Shown: positions 26,027-35,731, numbered from the stretch's first letter. The stretch is DNA of 64,000 nt from an uncultured Clostridium sp. (GCA_934717555.1 CAKUYY010000005.1:3290-67289); one strand, 5' to 3'. The notes: generated by a model from the letters alone, not told the origin. Numbers and translations are program-made.

Positions 26027-26896
26027 TCAATCCAAAGTCAGCCCTAAATAAGGTTTTTTCCCTTGAGGGTTTCCTATGGATAATCCCGGATACAAGGTTT
26101 TGCTCATTCCAAAAGGGACCAAGTTTCCCTCTCCAGGAAATAGTGTATCCTCTGCAGATAAGCGGAAACAGAAGGTTTGTGCGTTCGTATCCTTTAATAA
26201 AGCTGTCAGGAGTTCTTCCTCACACCCGAAACATCTCCACTCTAATATTTCGGCCAGATCTTTCTCTTGCCGATAGAGCGCATATCCGCTGTCAGTGCGG
26301 ACAAGCCGCCCGCCGTATAGGCGGTTGATATTAATGGCATATTCTACCATTTTTTCTTCCCACTGGATGCCTGTCTCTTTGGACATGCTGGCCTCCCGGA
26401 TGTCCCATAAAGGGGTTGGGGAAATACTTGCAGGCGTCCTTTTTTTCCGGTTTGTCAAATTTTCCAGCTCTTTTCGCCCTTTGTCCACCATACGGGTATA
26501 AAAAACCGTCTCATATCCATATTGGGCATAAAATGGATAGAGGGAAGCATTTGCCGGAAGAAGGCAGGAAACCTGCGCCCCTCTTTTCCTCGCCGCAGTG
26601 GAGTCTGCAAAAGCAAGCACGTGTCCCATCCATCCTCGTCCGCGGAAGGCCGGAGCCGTGGCTGCTCCATAAATGTACTGCGCCGGATATCGTCTCCCCT
26701 CCTCCTGCCACACACCAGGCAAAAGATAAAGGGCCGCCACCAATTTTCCCCGGTCCCAGGCCGCCACGCAGTTGCCGGGAAGCAACCAGTTTGACAGAAA
26801 AAAATCCACCGCTTCCGGGGTATCCTCAAAACTCTCTAGCCACAGGTATCTGAGCGCCTCCCGGTCTTTCTGGCCGGCAAAGCCAATATGCTCCAC
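26027..26896 (-). CDS. GNAT family N-acetyltransferase
   Basis: The ORF track starts at a TTG at 26911. A GTG at 26896 lies 6 nt after GGGAGGA and 2 nt after the upstream stop. The acetyl-CoA motif region is FRGRGWMGHVLAFA. Confidence 0.7.
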   Translation of the reverse strand: MEHIGFAGQKDREALRYLWLESFEDTPEAVDFFLSNWLLPGNCVAAWDRGKLVAALYLLPGVWQEEGRRYPAQYIYGAATAPAFRGRGWMGHVLAFADSTAARKRGAQVSCLLPANASLYPFYAQYGYETVFYTRMVDKGRKELENLTNRKKRTPASISPTPLWDIREASMSKETGIQWEEKMVEYAININRLYGGRLVRTDSGYALYRQEKDLAEILEWRCFGCEEELLTALLKDTNAQTFCFRLSAEDTLFPGEGNLVPFGMSKTLYPGLSIGNPQGKKPYLGLTLD

Positions 26897-26898
26897 CG

Positions 26899-27777
26899 CT
26901 ATTCCTCCCAACGGGCGGTAAACCGCTCCAGCAGAATAGCGGGATAATAGGAAAGCTTCGCCTTGCGCAGACCTTCCAGCCCCATATCCTCTTCCCGGTT
27001 GATATACGGATAGCCGGATAGCCTTTGAGTCGCAAATTCCCGATTGATCATGGTATAAGATCCGGCGTAACTGGACAAAGCCTTCTCAAAGTGCACCACA
27101 TAAACCTGATCATGAATGGCCTCCCCCATGGTAAAAGCCACCGGTTTTTCTTCCACCCGGATCAATCCGCCGGTAAAGCCAAGGTCCTGAAAATGGACAA
27201 AGGATTCCCGAAGGGCACATGCTTCCTTGTCCAAACCGTTTTCTTCGCTGCATCCATTTTGCACGCACCATTCCTTCGCCAAGGCTTGGCATTCCTCCAT
27301 ATTGGCGTCTGTCAAATCCTCATAGCTCCAGGAATATTGGCGCTGAAATTTTGAAATATGGTTTCGTTTGCCGTGGTACTTTTTGCCGGACAGATGAATG
27401 AGATCTTCTGAACGGTACAGGTAATCTGCGGAATCCCTGTCTTCTTCAAAGGTAAATTTTCCTGGGAACAAATCTATGAGTTTTTCTTTCGCATCCTGGG
27501 TAACCCCCGTCAATACAAATGGAATTCCCCGTTCTTTGGCGTCTTTGCGGAGCTCTTCTATGGCCTGGGTAAAATTCCCTTCCCCAAGCGGAACGCCATA
27601 CCGGTCTCCATACCGCCGCATCACAAAAGTTCCATACTGGCTCAGTTGGGTCCGATAAGCCTTTCTCCATACAAACATCGTACCAAAAGCGCCGTCCGAT
27701 CCCAGATAGCCTGTCTTTTGCAGGATAGGCGCAGCCCAGGACTGGTCATCCAAAACGGGACTGTGAAAATCTAACAT
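26899..27777 (-). CDS. DUF2156 / phosphatidylglycerol lysyltransferase C-terminal-like domain protein
   Basis: About 292 aa. GKKYHGKRNHISKF and NREEDMGLEGLRKAKLSYYP match the MprF C-terminal-like fold family as I remember it. The start overlaps the tmk stop. Confidence 0.65.
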   Translation of the reverse strand: MLDFHSPVLDDQSWAAPILQKTGYLGSDGAFGTMFVWRKAYRTQLSQYGTFVMRRYGDRYGVPLGEGNFTQAIEELRKDAKERGIPFVLTGVTQDAKEKLIDLFPGKFTFEEDRDSADYLYRSEDLIHLSGKKYHGKRNHISKFQRQYSWSYEDLTDANMEECQALAKEWCVQNGCSEENGLDKEACALRESFVHFQDLGFTGGLIRVEEKPVAFTMGEAIHDQVYVVHFEKALSSYAGSYTMINREFATQRLSGYPYINREEDMGLEGLRKAKLSYYPAILLERFTARWEE

Positions 27778-28451
27778 CCGTCTTTCCAAACTCCCTTCCA
27801 TACGTCGCATATATCATGATGAATCTCCTCTATCGTCCGGGGTATCCCATCTTTTGCACAGGCAATGACATGCCATCTCAAGCGCTTGGCGGAATACAAT
27901 GCCGCTTCCCTGCACTGGCGCAAAAATTCCACATTGCTCTCATGCAGGTCTTTTTTACTCTCATCCCCCTGATACCGCTTGCTCATCAGTTTTTGAGAAA
28001 TCTCCGTGGGCATATCCAGATATAAAACGCAGTCCGGCCTGGGAAGCCCCAATTTCCCATATTCATAGTCTTGCAGCCAATCGAGATAATTATTCCAATC
28101 TTCCCGGCCGCTTTTTACCATTTGATAAATGGCGTTGGATGTGGTATAGCGGTCTGCCAGAAACAGCCCCCCCCGCTCGTAATCCTCTTTCCAGAATTTC
28201 AGGTAGCTTGCGTACCGGTCCACCGCATAAAAGGAGGAAGCGGCATAAGCATTGACTGCGGAAGGATCCCCGCCAAACTCTCCGGAAAGATACATCTTGA
28301 CCAACGCAGAGGAAGGCTGCCGGTAATCCGGAAAAGAAAGCCTTTTTACCTGCCGGCCCTGGGATAACAGCGTTTCAAACAGCAACCCGGTCTGCGTAGC
28401 CTTCCCGCTGCCGTCCAAGCCCTCTATGACCACAAGTTTTCCTTTGCTCAT
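27771..28451 (-). CDS. tmk: dTMP (thymidylate) kinase
   Basis: 226 aa with the P-loop [13 protein letters not shown]. It shares an ATGA start/stop overlap with thyX. Confidence 0.8.
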   Translation of the reverse strand: MSKGKLVVIEGLDGSGKATQTGLLFETLLSQGRQVKRLSFPDYRQPSSALVKMYLSGEFGGDPSAVNAYAASSFYAVDRYASYLKFWKEDYERGGLFLADRYTTSNAIYQMVKSGREDWNNYLDWLQDYEYGKLGLPRPDCVLYLDMPTEISQKLMSKRYQGDESKKDLHESNVEFLRQCREAALYSAKRLRWHVIACAKDGIPRTIEEIHHDICDVWKGVWKDGC

Positions 28452-29224
28452 TGTACGCTCTCCTTCATTCCCGTAAATTTGGCGCGTACTTCCTTCTGCT
28501 TGCCGCAGCTCATCTTGCCCTCTGAGCAGGCGCCGCGCAGGCAGGCGGGGCCTGCGTTCTTAAATAGGTTAGGAGCCACTTCCAATACCAAACGGAGCAT
28601 TTCTGTCGCCAATTCCCGGATCTCCCACTGCGCCCGGTTGCAACAACGGTGGGTAAAGAAATTCATGAGGCTCCTGGCATTCATGGTGCAAACCATTTTA
28701 GTGGCACAGGCGTTGGGCAGGACAAAACGGGCGTCTTCAATGGCCTTTTTAGAGGCCAGTCGACGGGCTTCTTTTTCCGGTTTCCCCTGGGCCAAAAACT
28801 CCGGGATATGCCTTTCTGTGAGGATCTCCGTTAATCTGTCATAATGGCGCTGGTCCTCCTCCATAGCGCGCAAAAACTCCTCCTTGGCCTCGGGCATCGC
28901 TTCGATCTCAGGAGGAAGGACAAATTCAAACATGCTTTCCTTCACATATCTCTGGCTCTGAACGCTATAGGAAGCCAAACGGTGCCGGGTAATCTGCGCC
29001 AACAAGGAACGGGAAACCCCTTCTATCCCAAACGTAAAGCTGGCGTGCTCAATGGGGCTTTCATGGCCAATTTCCGCCAGCATATCCACAAACGCCGCCG
29101 TCTTTTCCTCTGTCAGCCCCTCCTGGATCTCTTCAATAGACACAGGGGAATAGCACAATTTAGCCGCGGAAGCCACCGTTTTTTCCGGCTGGGGCGTATA
29201 CGAAATCAAGGTTACTTTTGCCAT
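28448..29224 (-). CDS. thyX: FAD-dependent thymidylate synthase
   Basis: ThyX signature [15 protein letters not shown]. The ATG at 29224 sits behind AAAGGAG (the ORF track extends to 29242). Confidence 0.9.
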   Translation of the reverse strand: MAKVTLISYTPQPEKTVASAAKLCYSPVSIEEIQEGLTEEKTAAFVDMLAEIGHESPIEHASFTFGIEGVSRSLLAQITRHRLASYSVQSQRYVKESMFEFVLPPEIEAMPEAKEEFLRAMEEDQRHYDRLTEILTERHIPEFLAQGKPEKEARRLASKKAIEDARFVLPNACATKMVCTMNARSLMNFFTHRCCNRAQWEIRELATEMLRLVLEVAPNLFKNAGPACLRGACSEGKMSCGKQKEVRAKFTGMKESVQ

Positions 29225-29416
29225 TTTCCTATCTCCTTTCAAAAAGCCTTATCCATATCATTGCATGAAACGGCCTTCTGATACTATTTCTAATTTCTCT
29301 GTCGCTGGAAGTTCTTGTTATTATAGCAGATCTCCCCTGTTTCTTCAACTAACCCCCTCGTTGTGTAACCAGCGCCCTTTTATGGCTATTCTCTTCTACT
29401 ATTTTTCCAGCACAGT

Positions 29417-29448
29417 AAAAAGCCTGGGGGATATATCCCCCAGGCTTT
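29417..29448 (-). terminator. Rho-independent terminator after the Cys-rich protein gene
   Basis: AAAGCCTGGGGG-atatat-CCCCCAGGCTTT palindrome, with a T run on the minus strand. Confidence 0.75.
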
Positions 29449-29467
29449 CCTATTTTCTATATCCCTA

Positions 29468-30301
29468 TTATGATCTAGGTTTGCAACAGCAGCAGCCGTG
29501 GTCCTCTCCGCAGAGATCCGTGACCTTAGGCGGGAAAAACTCATTGGTTGGGAAATCGATGCGGCTGAACAGCTCACAGGGATTATCCGATGTGGTCACG
29601 CACTCTTTATCCGGAATGCAGAAATCATAAGCCGGAATCAGCATCTGGACATTGCGCTGAATCTGTACAATGGTGAAAATACCAATGGTGGCATAAACCA
29701 CTTTACAAGTGTTCTTTGTGCAGAAGTTTCCGCCATACTGTTTGCAGATACACTCAGGAATCCGGCAGCAACAATCACAGCAGTCCCGATATTCACACAG
29801 CTTCGCGGACAATCCAATGGGATCGGCAATCTGTACAGTGGCTTTGGGCAGGTTTTTGACCGGAGCGTTTTGGCTGTCCATATGTTCCGGGGCGTAATCG
29901 GAACTAAAGACTTTTACATTGCCTTCGCTGCCATATAATACAACACGTTTATTAAATATGGATAACCCGCACACTGTAACCGGCGGCGCCGCTGGGGCTT
30001 GGAAAACGTCTAAGCATACATTGAAGAAAAAGGTCATATCCACCGAATAGAATCCCTTTTGGAAGGGGACCGGCTCCAGATCTACATAGGCCATGATGAC
30101 GTCTACGTTGCGCATCCGTACATTGCTGGCTTGGTCGATGATACTTTGGCCACATTCTGTGAAATATACCCTGAGATCTTCCAGACAGTCCTTGTCACCG
30201 CATGAATCATAGATACGCTGGGCATCGATACAGACGGCTTCTTTAAAGTTTCCTGAACAATCGGCTTCATTGGGATTGATATTGCCATAGTTATCCGCCA
30301 T
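29468..30301 (-). CDS. Cysteine-rich hypothetical protein (277 aa) ending in a CCCC tail
   Basis: It has its own RBS (GGAGGAATTTTT-ATG) and terminator. About 30 Cys residues include the clusters CEYRDCCDCCCRIPECICKQ and CGEDHGCCCCKPRS. I can assign no enzymatic motif. Confidence 0.6.
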   Translation of the reverse strand: MADNYGNINPNEADCSGNFKEAVCIDAQRIYDSCGDKDCLEDLRVYFTECGQSIIDQASNVRMRNVDVIMAYVDLEPVPFQKGFYSVDMTFFFNVCLDVFQAPAAPPVTVCGLSIFNKRVVLYGSEGNVKVFSSDYAPEHMDSQNAPVKNLPKATVQIADPIGLSAKLCEYRDCCDCCCRIPECICKQYGGNFCTKNTCKVVYATIGIFTIVQIQRNVQMLIPAYDFCIPDKECVTTSDNPCELFSRIDFPTNEFFPPKVTDLCGEDHGCCCCKPRS

Positions 30302-30579
30302 AAAAATTCCTCCTAACAGGTATGATTACCTTTGTTTTCTATATCATCTTATGGGATTAGATAAAATGTGTTCCTTTTGTTTTCCAAAATAAAAAGTTGG
30401 AAAAGCCTCTGTTTTTGATCATAGAAGTAGGAGTGAAATTTTTCATAGCAGTGGGATCCCTTATGAAGAAAGCAGGGGCTTTCCGGAACAAACCGTTAGC
30501 CCCTGCTTGAATTTCTGTGAAACTTTTATGGTAAAATCAAATAGAAAACGTGAATACAATACACACTTAGATCTCTCTA

Positions 30580-32355
30580 CTAATTTTTCTTTTCCGGATC
30601 GCGCAGCCTATTTGCCAGCGATTCTTCCGGCGTTACATATAAAGTGTGGTAATTTTCGTAGATCACCATCCCAGGTTTTGCCCCTGACGGCTTATTGACA
30701 TAACGGATCTGTGTATAGTCCACAGGAACCTGAGAAGAACTCTTGGCCCGGCTGTGATAGGCCGCCAGCATTGCCGCCTGGCGGATGCTTTCCTCTCCCG
30801 GTGTTTTCCCCTGGGTCACTAAGATGGTATGAGAGCCCGGAATGTTCTTGGTATGGAACCACAGATCTTGATTGCTGGCCTGTTTCATCGTCAGTTTATC
30901 GTTTTGCCTATTATTCCTGCCTACCAGAATAGGAAATCCCTCACTGGAGGTAAAAGCCAGCGGCCCCATCATAGCCTGTGGCTTCTGTTTCCCTTTCCCC
31001 CGTTTCAGATATCCCTGTTCCGCCAGCTCCTGCCGGATCTCATTGAGTTCCCTCTCGGTAGCGGCCCGGCTCAAGGCGTCAAATACGGTATCAATATATT
31101 CCAGTTCCTGCCGCGCCTGCTGGATCTGCCCGGTCAGCATCTGTTCCGCCGTATGGGCTTTCCGGTAATCCTTGTAGTACTTCTGGGCGTTTTGAGTGGG
31201 GCTAAGTGCGGGATTTAACCGGATAACAACCGGCTTCATCTCATCATAGAAATTTTCCAGCTCCACGGAACTAGCCCCTCGTTCCATCCGGTACAAATTG
31301 GCGTTGAGAAGATCCCCGCAGATCCGCATCTGATCCCGGTTGGCACACTGTTCCAGTTCCGACTGCTGGGCATTGATTTTACGGCTAAGCCGTTCAGAAT
31401 GATTGGCGAGCAATTTTAGGAGATCCTGGGAGCGTGCCCGCATCCGTTCGATCCGGTCCCTTTCCGCGTAGAACTGATCCAAAAGGCAGGAAAAGGATCC
31501 GGGCTTCTTGACCACAGTGGCCGACCCATATTGAGAAATGTTTTCAAAACTGAAATCCATCGGCTTCCCCTGCCGGTCCTCTATCAAATAAGGAGTTCCG
31601 CTGATCTGTGTGACCTGCTGCTTGAGTCGGTCTAAAAAGAATCGCAGCCGCTCCTCCTCTTCCTGAGTCAAGCTGTGGATTGTGAGGTCCCGTCCCCTGC
31701 CTGTCAGATGTTCCAGCTCCCGGCATACTACCGGGGAAAGGCCCTGAATATGTCCTAAAATCACCTTATGGAGCGGGCGGTCGCCTGGTTCCCGTTTCAG
31801 TTGTTCTACCATTTCCTCCGCCGAAACCTCCAATAAGTTGGCTTTCTTTTGAGGAGGGGGCAGCTGATAGGTAAGCCCCGGCAAAATCAGGCGCTGGGAT
31901 GACATTTCCGCGTCCACCCGTTTCAAAGCGTCGATAATGACCCCATTCTGGTCTATCAGGATTACATTGCTGTATTTCCCCATAATCTCAGAAACCAGGG
32001 TGAGCTGTACCTTATCCCCCAATTCATTGACAGCCTCAAAATCAAAATACAACAGGCGTTCCAATCCCGGCTGGCGGATTCCCAACAGTTTGGCCCCCGA
32101 CAGCCTTTTGCGCAGCAGCATACAGAGCATAGGGGGCGTCTTGGGGTTTTCCGGCACATATTGGGTAAAGTGCACCCGCGGGCTGTTGGCCCGGGCGGAC
32201 ATCAGCAGACGGAACATTTCATGCCGGGTACGTAAAAATAACACCAGCTCGTCCCGGCTGGGCTGATAGATCTTGTCTACGCGCGCCGAAATTGCCTGGT
32301 CTTCTATTTCTTTTTTAATATGCCTTAAAAAGGCTCCATCCAATGCCATAGGCAT
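30580..32355 (-). CDS. rqcH: Ribosome quality control protein RqcH (NFACT / FbpA family)
   Basis: 591 aa. The N-terminal NFACT-N region (MALDGAFLRHIKKEIE...RVDKIYQP), a coiled-coil middle and the C-terminal NFACT-R region (LWFHTKNIPGSH) are all present. Confidence 0.85.
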   Translation of the reverse strand: MPMALDGAFLRHIKKEIEDQAISARVDKIYQPSRDELVLFLRTRHEMFRLLMSARANSPRVHFTQYVPENPKTPPMLCMLLRKRLSGAKLLGIRQPGLERLLYFDFEAVNELGDKVQLTLVSEIMGKYSNVILIDQNGVIIDALKRVDAEMSSQRLILPGLTYQLPPPQKKANLLEVSAEEMVEQLKREPGDRPLHKVILGHIQGLSPVVCRELEHLTGRGRDLTIHSLTQEEEERLRFFLDRLKQQVTQISGTPYLIEDRQGKPMDFSFENISQYGSATVVKKPGSFSCLLDQFYAERDRIERMRARSQDLLKLLANHSERLSRKINAQQSELEQCANRDQMRICGDLLNANLYRMERGASSVELENFYDEMKPVVIRLNPALSPTQNAQKYYKDYRKAHTAEQMLTGQIQQARQELEYIDTVFDALSRAATERELNEIRQELAEQGYLKRGKGKQKPQAMMGPLAFTSSEGFPILVGRNNRQNDKLTMKQASNQDLWFHTKNIPGSHTILVTQGKTPGEESIRQAAMLAAYHSRAKSSSQVPVDYTQIRYVNKPSGAKPGMVIYENYHTLYVTPEESLANRLRDPEKKN

Positions 32356-32382
32356 TCTCCCTTCTTGTGGGACATTCCTTTT

Positions 32383-33471
32383 TTATAAATAATGTACGCC
32401 GTCGGTGCAGGTTTCGGAAGCCTCCACGCAAATCTGTGGAAAATGCTTGGAAAGCCGCTGTACCAGACGCGCCACAATGATTGTCTCGGTCTTAAAATGT
32501 CCGGCGTCTACCACAGTGAGTTCCGACTGGGATGCCGCCAGCCATTCGTGATGTTTCATTTCCCCGGTTACGTAAGCGTCCACATTCCCGGCGATGGCCT
32601 CAAAAATGCGGTCCCCTCCGGCTCCCCCGCAAAAGGCCACCCGTTTAATGGGACGTGTGCCTTCTACATAACGGACCCCCTCGCAGTGAAGGCGCTCCTT
32701 GACGTGAGCCACAAATTCCCTGGGCTGCATGGGAATTTCCCATTCTCCCACCATAGCCCCGGGAAATTGTTTCATCACCCCATAATTTTTGATCACATCG
32801 AATGCGGGCTCTTCATAGGGATGGGTTTCCCGCATGGCTTCCAATACCGATGGCAGGTCGTCAGGGCTGCACAGCATTTCTACCCGGCACTCATCCACTT
32901 TTTCCAGCATGCCGCACTGTCCGATGGCGGGGTGCGCCCCCTCCTGAGGCAAAAAAGCCCCTTTCCCCTGTACCGTAAAGGAACAGGCTTCATATTGGCC
33001 CAGCTTGCCCGCTCCCGCCTTTGCCATGGCGTCAGTAACCTTTTGAGCATCGTTGACCGGTACAAACACGGCGATTTTCCAATAAGGGACGGAGCTTTCC
33101 TCCACAAAACAACTCAAATTTTTTAGCCCTAACGTTTCTCCCAAACAGTCGTTGACCCCTCCCCTGGCCATATCCAGGTTGGTGTGGGCGCACACCGCCC
33201 CAATTCCAGACTGGGCCAGCTGATAGGGAATGCTGTCACGGGACAGTCTGCGCAATGGCTGAAAAATTACGGGATGATGGCTGACGATCAGCTGGGCACC
33301 CTGCCGCTTGGCTTCTTCAATCACCGCCGGGGTAATGTCCAGGGCCACCAGGATTCTTTCCACTGGATCTTTTCGGCTCCCCACCAACAGGCCCACATTG
33401 TCAAATCCCAGCGCCGTGGAAAACGGTGCAAAACTGTCGATATCATCATAGATATTGCCTATGGTGATCAC
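32383..33471 (-). CDS. Nif3-like dinuclear metal center protein (YqfO-type with PII-like insert)
   Basis: The ORF track extends to 33645 inside trmK. A GTG at 33471 lies 7 nt after AGGAGG and overlaps the trmK stop (GTGA). Motifs: ALDITP..., IVSHHP, GAVCAHTNLD, GHFKTE. Confidence 0.8.
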   Translation of the reverse strand: MITIGNIYDDIDSFAPFSTALGFDNVGLLVGSRKDPVERILVALDITPAVIEEAKRQGAQLIVSHHPVIFQPLRRLSRDSIPYQLAQSGIGAVCAHTNLDMARGGVNDCLGETLGLKNLSCFVEESSVPYWKIAVFVPVNDAQKVTDAMAKAGAGKLGQYEACSFTVQGKGAFLPQEGAHPAIGQCGMLEKVDECRVEMLCSPDDLPSVLEAMRETHPYEEPAFDVIKNYGVMKQFPGAMVGEWEIPMQPREFVAHVKERLHCEGVRYVEGTRPIKRVAFCGGAGGDRIFEAIAGNVDAYVTGEMKHHEWLAASQSELTVVDAGHFKTETIIVARLVQRLSKHFPQICVEASETCTDGVHYL

Positions 33472-34181
33472 ATAGATTCCTCCTTCTTCCTGTCGTCTAG
33501 TCGTTGCTTCATCTGTTGTATGATCCGCATGACTTCCTCGGCCTGTTCTTCTTTGCCCTGTATCCGCAGCCCTGATTCCCGTTTGCTTTGCCGGCTGATC
33601 TCCCTGCGGATATACTCTACCGCTTCGTCGGTCTTTTCCTTCCATACAAGCCCAATATAAGGATAAAGCGGGTCCGGATCTGGGATATTCCCGATATACC
33701 GCACCTGCATGGCGCTATAGATCTTTCCCTGGGCCCGTACCGCCCGTTCCTTCTGGATCTGATACCCTTCCCCAGCCAGCCAGACCCGCAGTTTATCCAC
33801 AGAAGTCATGGGTTGTAAAACCAAATCCGTCCCCTGTTTTAGCCAGGGCGCCCGCTGCAGGATATGGATCATCACCTCTCCCCCCATGCCGGCAATCACC
33901 ACCGTATCCACTTCATGGGGGCGGATATTTTCCAAGCCGTCAGATAGCCGAGCCTCTACCATAGAAGATACCTGGTACTTTTCTATATGTTCCACAGCCC
34001 TTTCTAAGGGGCCTTCGCGAATATCGCAGGCGATAGCGTGGGAAATCTGTCCCTTTCTCGCCAGCCATACCGGAAGATATGCGTGGTCGGTACCAATATC
34101 CGCAACCGCCGCCCCTTCTTTTACCAAAGAAGCGCATTCCATCAAACGGGGGTCTAATTGAAAAAGAGGGCGCATGCTCAT
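33468..34181 (-). CDS. trmK: tRNA (adenine22-N1)-methyltransferase
   Basis: 237 aa. VADIGTDHAYLPVWL is the TrmK signature, and it shows the usual synteny with nif3-like. Confidence 0.8.
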   Translation of the reverse strand: MSMRPLFQLDPRLMECASLVKEGAAVADIGTDHAYLPVWLARKGQISHAIACDIREGPLERAVEHIEKYQVSSMVEARLSDGLENIRPHEVDTVVIAGMGGEVMIHILQRAPWLKQGTDLVLQPMTSVDKLRVWLAGEGYQIQKERAVRAQGKIYSAMQVRYIGNIPDPDPLYPYIGLVWKEKTDEAVEYIRREISRQSKRESGLRIQGKEEQAEEVMRIIQQMKQRLDDRKKEESM

Positions 34182-34308
34182 CCTCCTTCCTTTCTAAACA
34201 GTATGGAATCTCAATAAAAAGAGGGTGTAAGCACCGGGCATTCACCCTTTGTTACACCCTCTCGCTGTTGCAAAACACAGCCGCCTGATAAAAAAGCGCA
34301 GCCTATTG

Positions 34309-34515
34309 TCAGCCCTGCTGAGCCATGTGGTCGTTCAGCTTTTTAATCAGCTCATTGACGTCCACTCCATGTACCATGCAGGCCTCTTCCAGGGTTTCAC
34401 CGCGGGAAGAAGGGCAGCCCAGGCAGTGCATCCCCATATCCAGGAAATAAGGGGCGGTGGTACGGTCCATATCCAAAATATCGCCAATGATGGTATCTTT
34501 TGTCACTGTCGCCAT
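34309..34515 (-). CDS. DUF1858 / hybrid-cluster-protein-associated redox disulfide domain protein
   Basis: 68 aa with TIGDILDMD...FLDMGMHCLGCPSSRGETLEEAC. Confidence 0.75.
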   Translation of the reverse strand: MATVTKDTIIGDILDMDRTTAPYFLDMGMHCLGCPSSRGETLEEACMVHGVDVNELIKKLNDHMAQQG

Positions 34516-34630
34516 CTTATGACATCCTTTCTATTTTTTGTATTTTCCTATAACAGCCCTCATGGCCGTCTGTTTTTATTATAATAGCCAAAAGGGGACT
34601 TTGCAATACATAAACGTGGGAAATCCCACA

Positions 34631-34661
34631 AAAATACCCCGGACATAAAAGCCCGGGGTAT
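34631..34661 (-). terminator. Rho-independent terminator after the zinc-ribbon gene
   Basis: ATACCCCGG-acataaaagc-CCGGGGTAT, with a T run on the minus strand. Confidence 0.7.
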
Positions 34662-34683
34662 CCTTTTTGAAAGAAAAGGTTTC

Positions 34684-34959
34684 TTATTCTTCTCTCATCT
34701 TAGCAAAGCACTCGCTGCAATAGACCGGACGGTCTTCACGAGGCTTAAAGGGAACCTTTGCTACCTGGCCGCAGCTGGCGCAGGTGGCTTCATACATTTC
34801 GCGCTCGGGTCTGGACGCATTCTTGCGGGCGTCGCGGCAAGCCTTGCATCTCTGGGGCTCGTTTACGAAACCCTTGGATGCGTAAAATTCCTGTTCACCG
34901 GCGGTGAATACAAATTCATTGCCACATTCTTTGCAGATGAGAGTCTTGTCTTCGTACAT
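34684..34959 (-). CDS. Zinc-ribbon domain protein (three CxxC pairs)
   Basis: 91 aa with CKECG...CKAC...CASCG...CSEC. Confidence 0.7.
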   Translation of the reverse strand: MYEDKTLICKECGNEFVFTAGEQEFYASKGFVNEPQRCKACRDARKNASRPEREMYEATCASCGQVAKVPFKPREDRPVYCSECFAKMREE

Positions 34960-34990
34960 TTGATTTACCTCGCTTTGGATTAATAAAATT

Positions 34991-35055
34991 TGCCCTTGGA
35001 CGGATTCAAACCGCCACCTTTGATGATCAACGCTCTATTCTAAGCTACTTGGGCA
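34991..35055 (-). ncRNA. tRNA-like element / decayed tRNA with collapsed anticodon loop
   Basis: The minus strand reads GCCCAAG-TA-GCT-TAGAATAG-AGC-G-TTGAT-C-ATCAA-AGGT-GGCGG-TTTGAAT-CCGTC-CAAGGGC-A. The D-arm, T-arm and a 5-bp anticodon stem are present, but the anticodon loop is only 1 nt and the acceptor stem has two A-A mismatches. Confidence 0.45.
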
Positions 35056-35089
35056 TATCAAACGGCTTTTAGCCGTCAACCAACATAAA

Positions 35090-35731
35090 TCAGGATACAG
35101 AATTCTTTAATTTTTTTCGCGCCCGCTGTAAAGCATTATCTACCATCTTAGGTGATATCTCCAGCTTTTCTGCAATCTCCTCATAAGTGCGACCGCTGAG
35201 ATAGAACGCTAATACCTTGAACTCCAACCCTGACAATATCTGTTCTATATGCCGCTTCATAGACTTCACATCTTCACGGCTGATGATCAAAGTTTCAGGA
35301 TTCATCCAATCAATCGAGGTCAGTGGATTTTCCATATGTTTGCTGTCCGTCTCGTCATTGAGAGAAACATACTGGTTCAATGGAATATGCTTTTGTCTCG
35401 CTGCAGAACGGCATGCGGTCAATAACCTTCTATCCATACAGATATTAACAAAGGTTTGAAAGCTCGCCCCCGCTTCGCTGTCATAACTTTCCGCGGCGCT
35501 CAGCAAACCCAACGTAGCCTCCTGTATCAAATCCTCCCGATCCAATCCCGTCTGCTGATAAGCTGACGCTTTTGCCCGAATCAGGGAAGAATACCGGGTC
35601 ACCAGAGCATCGAACGCTTCTTTTTTCCCTTGTTTCCATAGTTGAGACAGCTGGGAATCGGTAAGATTTTCCATCCCTTGCGGATAACCTGGAATGTTCA
35701 ATCCTAGCACCTCATGGTTCTGCGTTTTCAC
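35090..35731 (-). CDS. sigH: RNA polymerase sigma factor, SigH-like (sigma-70 family)
   Basis: 213 aa. Region 2 reads DREDLIQEATLGLLSAAESYDSEAGASFQTF. The ARQKHIPLNQYVSL block is highly reminiscent of sporulation sigma-H. The region 4 HTH is YEEIAEKLEISPKMVDNALQRARKKL. Confidence 0.6.
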   Translation of the reverse strand: MKTQNHEVLGLNIPGYPQGMENLTDSQLSQLWKQGKKEAFDALVTRYSSLIRAKASAYQQTGLDREDLIQEATLGLLSAAESYDSEAGASFQTFVNICMDRRLLTACRSAARQKHIPLNQYVSLNDETDSKHMENPLTSIDWMNPETLIISREDVKSMKRHIEQILSGLEFKVLAFYLSGRTYEEIAEKLEISPKMVDNALQRARKKLKNSVS

